From positions 14,823-78,822 of the forward strand of contig JAJYSZ010000002.1 in NCBI GenBank assembly GCA_021793315.1: a DNA stretch of 64,000 bases. Direction: 5' to 3'. Numbering within the stretch: the first letter of the stretch is position 1; the number at the start of each line of letters is the position of its first letter. Of the stretch, positions 60,776 through 64,000 are shown in pieces. A model generated the notes under the pieces. It was not told the DNA's origin, ran no database searches, and saw only the letters and a program-made list of their open reading frames with translations. Source of the DNA: Bacillota bacterium (GTDB lineage Bacteria; Bacillota; Sulfobacillia; JAJZYS01; JAJYTV01). Made by a program: the position numbers and the translations under genes.

Positions 60776-61601
60776 CTACGGGTGCACAGCCAAGGCGATC
60801 ACGCCTGCCGTGATGAGCAAAGAGCCCAGGATCCGCCGCATGCCATTCGCTTCGCGCAGCCAGACGACGCCGAGGAACGTGCCGAAGACGATGCCGATCT
60901 CGCGCATCGGGCCGAGTGCGGCGACAGGACCTTGCGTGAGCGCCCAGAGGAAGAGGAGGTAGCTGAGGGGCGAAAGGATGCCCGCCGCGACCGTAGCCAC
61001 GGGCCGCTCCCGCCACTCCCGCCACGCCTCGCGCGTGCGCAGGGCCGGCACGGTGAGGATCACAAGATTGCCTGCGTTGCTCAGCACGTTCAGCGCCACG
61101 GCGGGCACATACGCCAAGGTCAGCTTGTCGACCAGGGTGTAGGCGGTGATGGCCAGCCCGACCAGGACGCCGACGTAGGCGCCGCCCTGCAGGGCCCTGC
61201 GGGACGGCAGACCCCCAGCCACGACGAGGGCGGCACCGAGCCAACCGACGACCGGAAGACGCTCACCGAGTAGCCAGGTGCCCAAAAGCGGCACCAAGAG
61301 GGGCGATGTGCCGCGCATGATCGGATAGAGCTGGGACAAGTCCGCGAGCTTATAGCTCCTCGCGAGAAGCAGCACATAGAACTCCGTGCAGCGTGATCGT
61401 TGCGAGCAGCAGGAGCATGCCCTGCGGGGGCAGCGGGCGGCCTTCGAAGCTCCGCCACGCGAAGGGAGCGTAGACCGCCACCGCCACCCACTGGAAAGAC
61501 CAGAGGAAGACGAGCGGGCGCCTGCTCCCCTTCGCCCAGAAGTTCCAGAGGGCGTGCACGAAGCCGGAGGACAGCACAAGGGGCACGATGGGCCATGACA
61601 A
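60776..61601 (-). pseudogene. EamA/DMT-family transporter split by a 1-nt frameshift at ~61385
   Basis: ORF 61350..61601 translates to MSWPIVPLVLSSGFVHALWNFWAKG...ATITLHGVLCAASREEL*. The remainder continues in another frame inside ORF 60776..61666 as ...EFYVLLLARSYKLADLSQLYPIMRGTSPLLVPLLG.... One protein is reconstituted if 1 nt is inserted. Confidence 0.6.
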
Positions 61602-61896
61602 AATAAGAGCCTCCTCGCGGGAGACTCTTCAGGGCATGCGCGCACAAACGCGCGACCTTCTTCCATCCGGACTATACCGTCGGTACAGGATTCGCACCTG
61701 TTCTGCCTTGCGGCTCGTGGACTCGCCTTGCGGCATCACCACCGGTCGGGAGTTGGGGCCAGGCCCCGCACCCTGCCCTGAAGGTCGGGGCCATTGTCGC
61801 ACACGGCGGATGGACCGGTCCAGCTTGCAGAGCCGCCCGCGCCGATTGGCACGGGCGGCCCGCCGCTGTGGCGCAAGGAAAGCTGCAGAAACCGCG

Positions 61897-63435
61897 TCAG
61901 AGTCCGATCTGGCGGCACCGCTCGGCCAAGGCCGACCGTTCGGCCGACTCCAGCCTGACGCTCGCGAAGAGGTCCTGGCCCCGCATCTTCTGGGCGATGA
62001 AGCTGAGGCCGTCCGCTCCCTGACTCAGATAGGGACTGTCGATTTCGTTGGGGTCCCCGATCAGCACGACCTTCGTCCCCTTGCCCGCGCGCTTCACCGT
62101 GATCGCGGCCTGGTGCGGCGTGACGTTCTGCGCTTCGTCCAGGATGAGAAAGCGCTGCGAGAAGCTGCGCCCGCGGAAGAACGACATCGACTTGAACTCG
62201 ATGAGACCCTGGCGCTTCAAGTAGTCCACCCGGTCGTCGAGCGTCTCCCGCTCCGCCCGGTTGCCGTGGGCGTTGCGCTTCGGCCGCTCGAACAGCGTCT
62301 CGAGGGCGTCGTAGGCGGGCATCACCCACTCGCGCATCTTCTCCTCCTCGGTGCCCGGCAGGGCGCCGAGGTCGCGCCCCATCGGCACGATCTCGCGCGT
62401 GTAGATGACCTTCTCCATCTCCTGCCGCTCCGCGAGCTCCATGCCCACCGCCATGGCGAGCAGCGTCTTTCCCGATCCCTGCGGCCCGAGGATGGTGACC
62501 AAGGCCTTGCGCGGGTTGAGCAGCGCGTCGAGGGCGAATACCTGCTCGTCGTTCCTGGCTTCGAGGCTGCCGTACACCTTCTGTCCCGGTCGGTAGCAGG
62601 AGAGCGGTCGGACGACGGAATCCACCACCTCCCAGTACCCCTTCTCCAGCATGGCGACGTGGCCGACGCCGAAGCTGAGTTCCGCCCTTGGGCGCCCGCG
62701 ATAGAACCCCTCGATCTCCTCGGCGCCAAGTCTGGCTGCTTCCGACCCGAGGTGTGCCGCGCAGAGCCAGGTCGTGCGCGGCGGATCGCTGTAGTAGACC
62801 ACTTCGCGCGCGTCGGCGGCGCCGCAGCGGGCGCACGCTTCCCTGACGGTGGCAAGGACGTAGTCGCTCTCCACCAACTGGGTGCCTTCTTGCGCGAGGC
62901 GCGCGATCTCGACGCCTGACGCCTCCACCTCGCGGAAGACGCTGCCTCGCAAACCGAGCCGCACGATGCCGGAGTGCTCGACAGGCCCTGCCTGGTCGTT
63001 CTGGTACGCCTCGGCGCGGATGCCCATCGAGCGGGCTTTCACCCGCAGGTTGAAGTCGTTCGAGACCAGGACGACCTGCGCGTCCGGATTGCTTTGCCGG
63101 AGCGCGGCAGCCACGGCAAGGATGCGATGGTCCGCCTTCTCGATGTCGAGACCCCGCGGCAAGAGTTCGGCTTCCTGGTGGTTCAGCTCGACGCGCAGCG
63201 TTCCACCGGTCGGCAGAGCGACGCCTGAGACGATGTCTCCCGCACTCGAAAGTTCGTCCAGCAGCCGGATAGCCTGTCTCGCATTCGCCCCCATCGCGTC
63301 GAGATGCGTTTTGAACCGATCCAGTTCCTCGATCGTGATGATCGGGATGACGACCGCGTTGTCTTCGCCGAACGTCAGCAGGGACCGGGGATTGTGCAAA
63401 AGCACGTTGGTGTCCAGGACGAACTGTTTGCCCAA
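61897..63435 (-). CDS. PhoH2/YlaK-type protein: N-terminal PIN domain fused to a PhoH-like ATPase
   Basis: PIN domain reads KQFVLDTNVLLHNP...VVIPIITIEELD. The ATPase has Walker A GPQGSGKT and Walker B LILDEAQN. Likely TTG start at 63435 after a GAGAGGGG site; the track M is at 63600. Confidence 0.8.
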   Translation of the reverse strand: MGKQFVLDTNVLLHNPRSLLTFGEDNAVVIPIITIEELDRFKTHLDAMGANARQAIRLLDELSSAGDIVSGVALPTGGTLRVELNHQEAELLPRGLDIEKADHRILAVAAALRQSNPDAQVVLVSNDFNLRVKARSMGIRAEAYQNDQAGPVEHSGIVRLGLRGSVFREVEASGVEIARLAQEGTQLVESDYVLATVREACARCGAADAREVVYYSDPPRTTWLCAAHLGSEAARLGAEEIEGFYRGRPRAELSFGVGHVAMLEKGYWEVVDSVVRPLSCYRPGQKVYGSLEARNDEQVFALDALLNPRKALVTILGPQGSGKTLLAMAVGMELAERQEMEKVIYTREIVPMGRDLGALPGTEEEKMREWVMPAYDALETLFERPKRNAHGNRAERETLDDRVDYLKRQGLIEFKSMSFFRGRSFSQRFLILDEAQNVTPHQAAITVKRAGKGTKVVLIGDPNEIDSPYLSQGADGLSFIAQKMRGQDLFASVRLESAERSALAERCRQIGL

Positions 63436-63645
63436 GGGTGCACCCCTCTCGCCGACAGGACCCTCATATGGAGATTTGCCATCACCGCTTGGCCATCCTT
63501 GCGGTTCACGCGATCCTAACGTCCAAAGAGCCGTCCACGGCATGCCCGACGCTGGTCGGGCGCTGCGATGGGCGGCATCCGGCAGCCTCACCTTCCCCAC
63601 GCGGCCTCGGATCGCAGCAGTGGACCGGGCGGCCCTGGCGGCTCT

Positions 63646-64000
63646 TCAGAGGGCGATCGCCGATGCGTCGTCGGCACCTGACGGCTCCGTATCGAGGCGG
63701 ACGAAGCTCAGAAGGTCGTCCTCGAAGCGTGCATGGACGATCGTGGCATTCGGGAGATGCAGTACCCCGTGGTCCCCGAGCGACCGGCCCTGGCTTGCCA
63801 TCAGGAGAGCGACCAGCGGATGCATGTGGCTGAAGCCGACGATGGTCTCGCCGGGGAACTGCCCGCCCATCTGCCGCAGGAGTCCGAGAACCCGGTCCGC
63901 CACGTCGGACAGCCGCTCGCCGCCGGGCGGCGGAAACTGCTCGGGGTCCACACACCACGACCGGAACTGCTCGAGCGAGCTCAGCTCCTCGAAGCACTTG
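63646..64000 (-). CDS. Histidine phosphatase (phosphoglycerate-mutase family), 3' part of the gene only; it continues beyond the window end
   Basis: The minus-strand frame is open to position 64000. The C-terminal region ...GETIVGFSHMHPLVALLMASQG matches the histidine phosphatase family. Confidence 0.55.
   Translation of the reverse strand, partial: KCFEELSSLEQFRSWCVDPEQFPPPGGERLSDVADRVLGLLRQMGGQFPGETIVGFSHMHPLVALLMASQGRSLGDHGVLHLPNATIVHARFEDDLLSFVRLDTEPSGADDASAIAL

Noticed and set aside
61588-62919. 443-aa plus-strand ORF
   Set aside because: It is antisense to PhoH2, which has clear PIN and Walker motifs.

Overview
This 64-kb window is high-GC DNA (roughly 65-70% by eye) with strong GGAGG-type Shine-Dalgarno sites and many 1-4 nt start/stop overlaps (ATGA, GTGA, TGATG). 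It looks chromosomal, from a high-GC organism that carries SLH domains; Firmicutes-like or Chloroflexi-like are both possible and I cannot resolve which. Content in order:

- **1-6.1 kb:** a minus-strand lipoprotein partial, a CN-hydrolase, membrane proteins, a TolB-like lipoprotein and a thioredoxin-like protein.
- **6.4-12.8 kb:** a complex-I peripheral-arm cluster only, with nuoB, C and D fused into one gene (frameshifted near its 3' end), then nuoE, F, G and I. No membrane-arm genes are present.
- **12.9-16.1 kb:** a TehA-like anion transporter and an orphan fused double-ATPase peptide-type ABC protein.
- **16.3-21.6 kb:** a translationally coupled mevalonate operon, HMG-CoA reductase > mevalonate kinase > type-2 IPP isomerase > diphosphomevalonate decarboxylase > phosphomevalonate kinase.
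- **21.8-23.2 kb:** a small ribbon-helix-helix protein and a DUF4097 protein, with palindromes upstream.
- **23.4-29.1 kb:** a 5-oxoprolinase cluster (pxpB, pxpC, pxpA), a cyclase, an MFS transporter and a divergent IclR regulator.
- **29.7-31.0 kb:** a 1.2-kb region with no coding assignment.
- **31.0-40.3 kb:** a 1920-aa S-layer-anchored surface protein with three C-terminal SLH domains, Ig-like domains and autotransporter-type beta-strand repeats, containing about 2.3 copies of a near-identical 1011-bp tandem repeat. A 1125-aa AfsR/SARP-like regulator is transcribed divergently from it.
- **40.3-41.7 kb:** a lower-GC islet with a vapC pseudogene, a truncated hicA-like ORF and a strong terminator.
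- **41.7-46.2 kb:** a Fe3+-type ABC operon plus a phosphatase.
- **46.6-50.6 kb:** a metE C-terminal remnant, a PatB/MalY C-S lyase, a dihydrofolate-reductase-family fragment, and a GH25 muramidase with an overlapping 2-TM holin-like ORF.
- **50.7-64.0 kb:** a methyltransferase, a DrrAB-type ABC transporter followed by an OmpR-family two-component system, a HAD hydrolase, a TetR-controlled ABC-2 exporter with two permeases, a frameshifted DMT transporter, PhoH2, and a histidine phosphatase partial.

All calls rest on reading the six-frame translations and recognising motifs; no database search was run.
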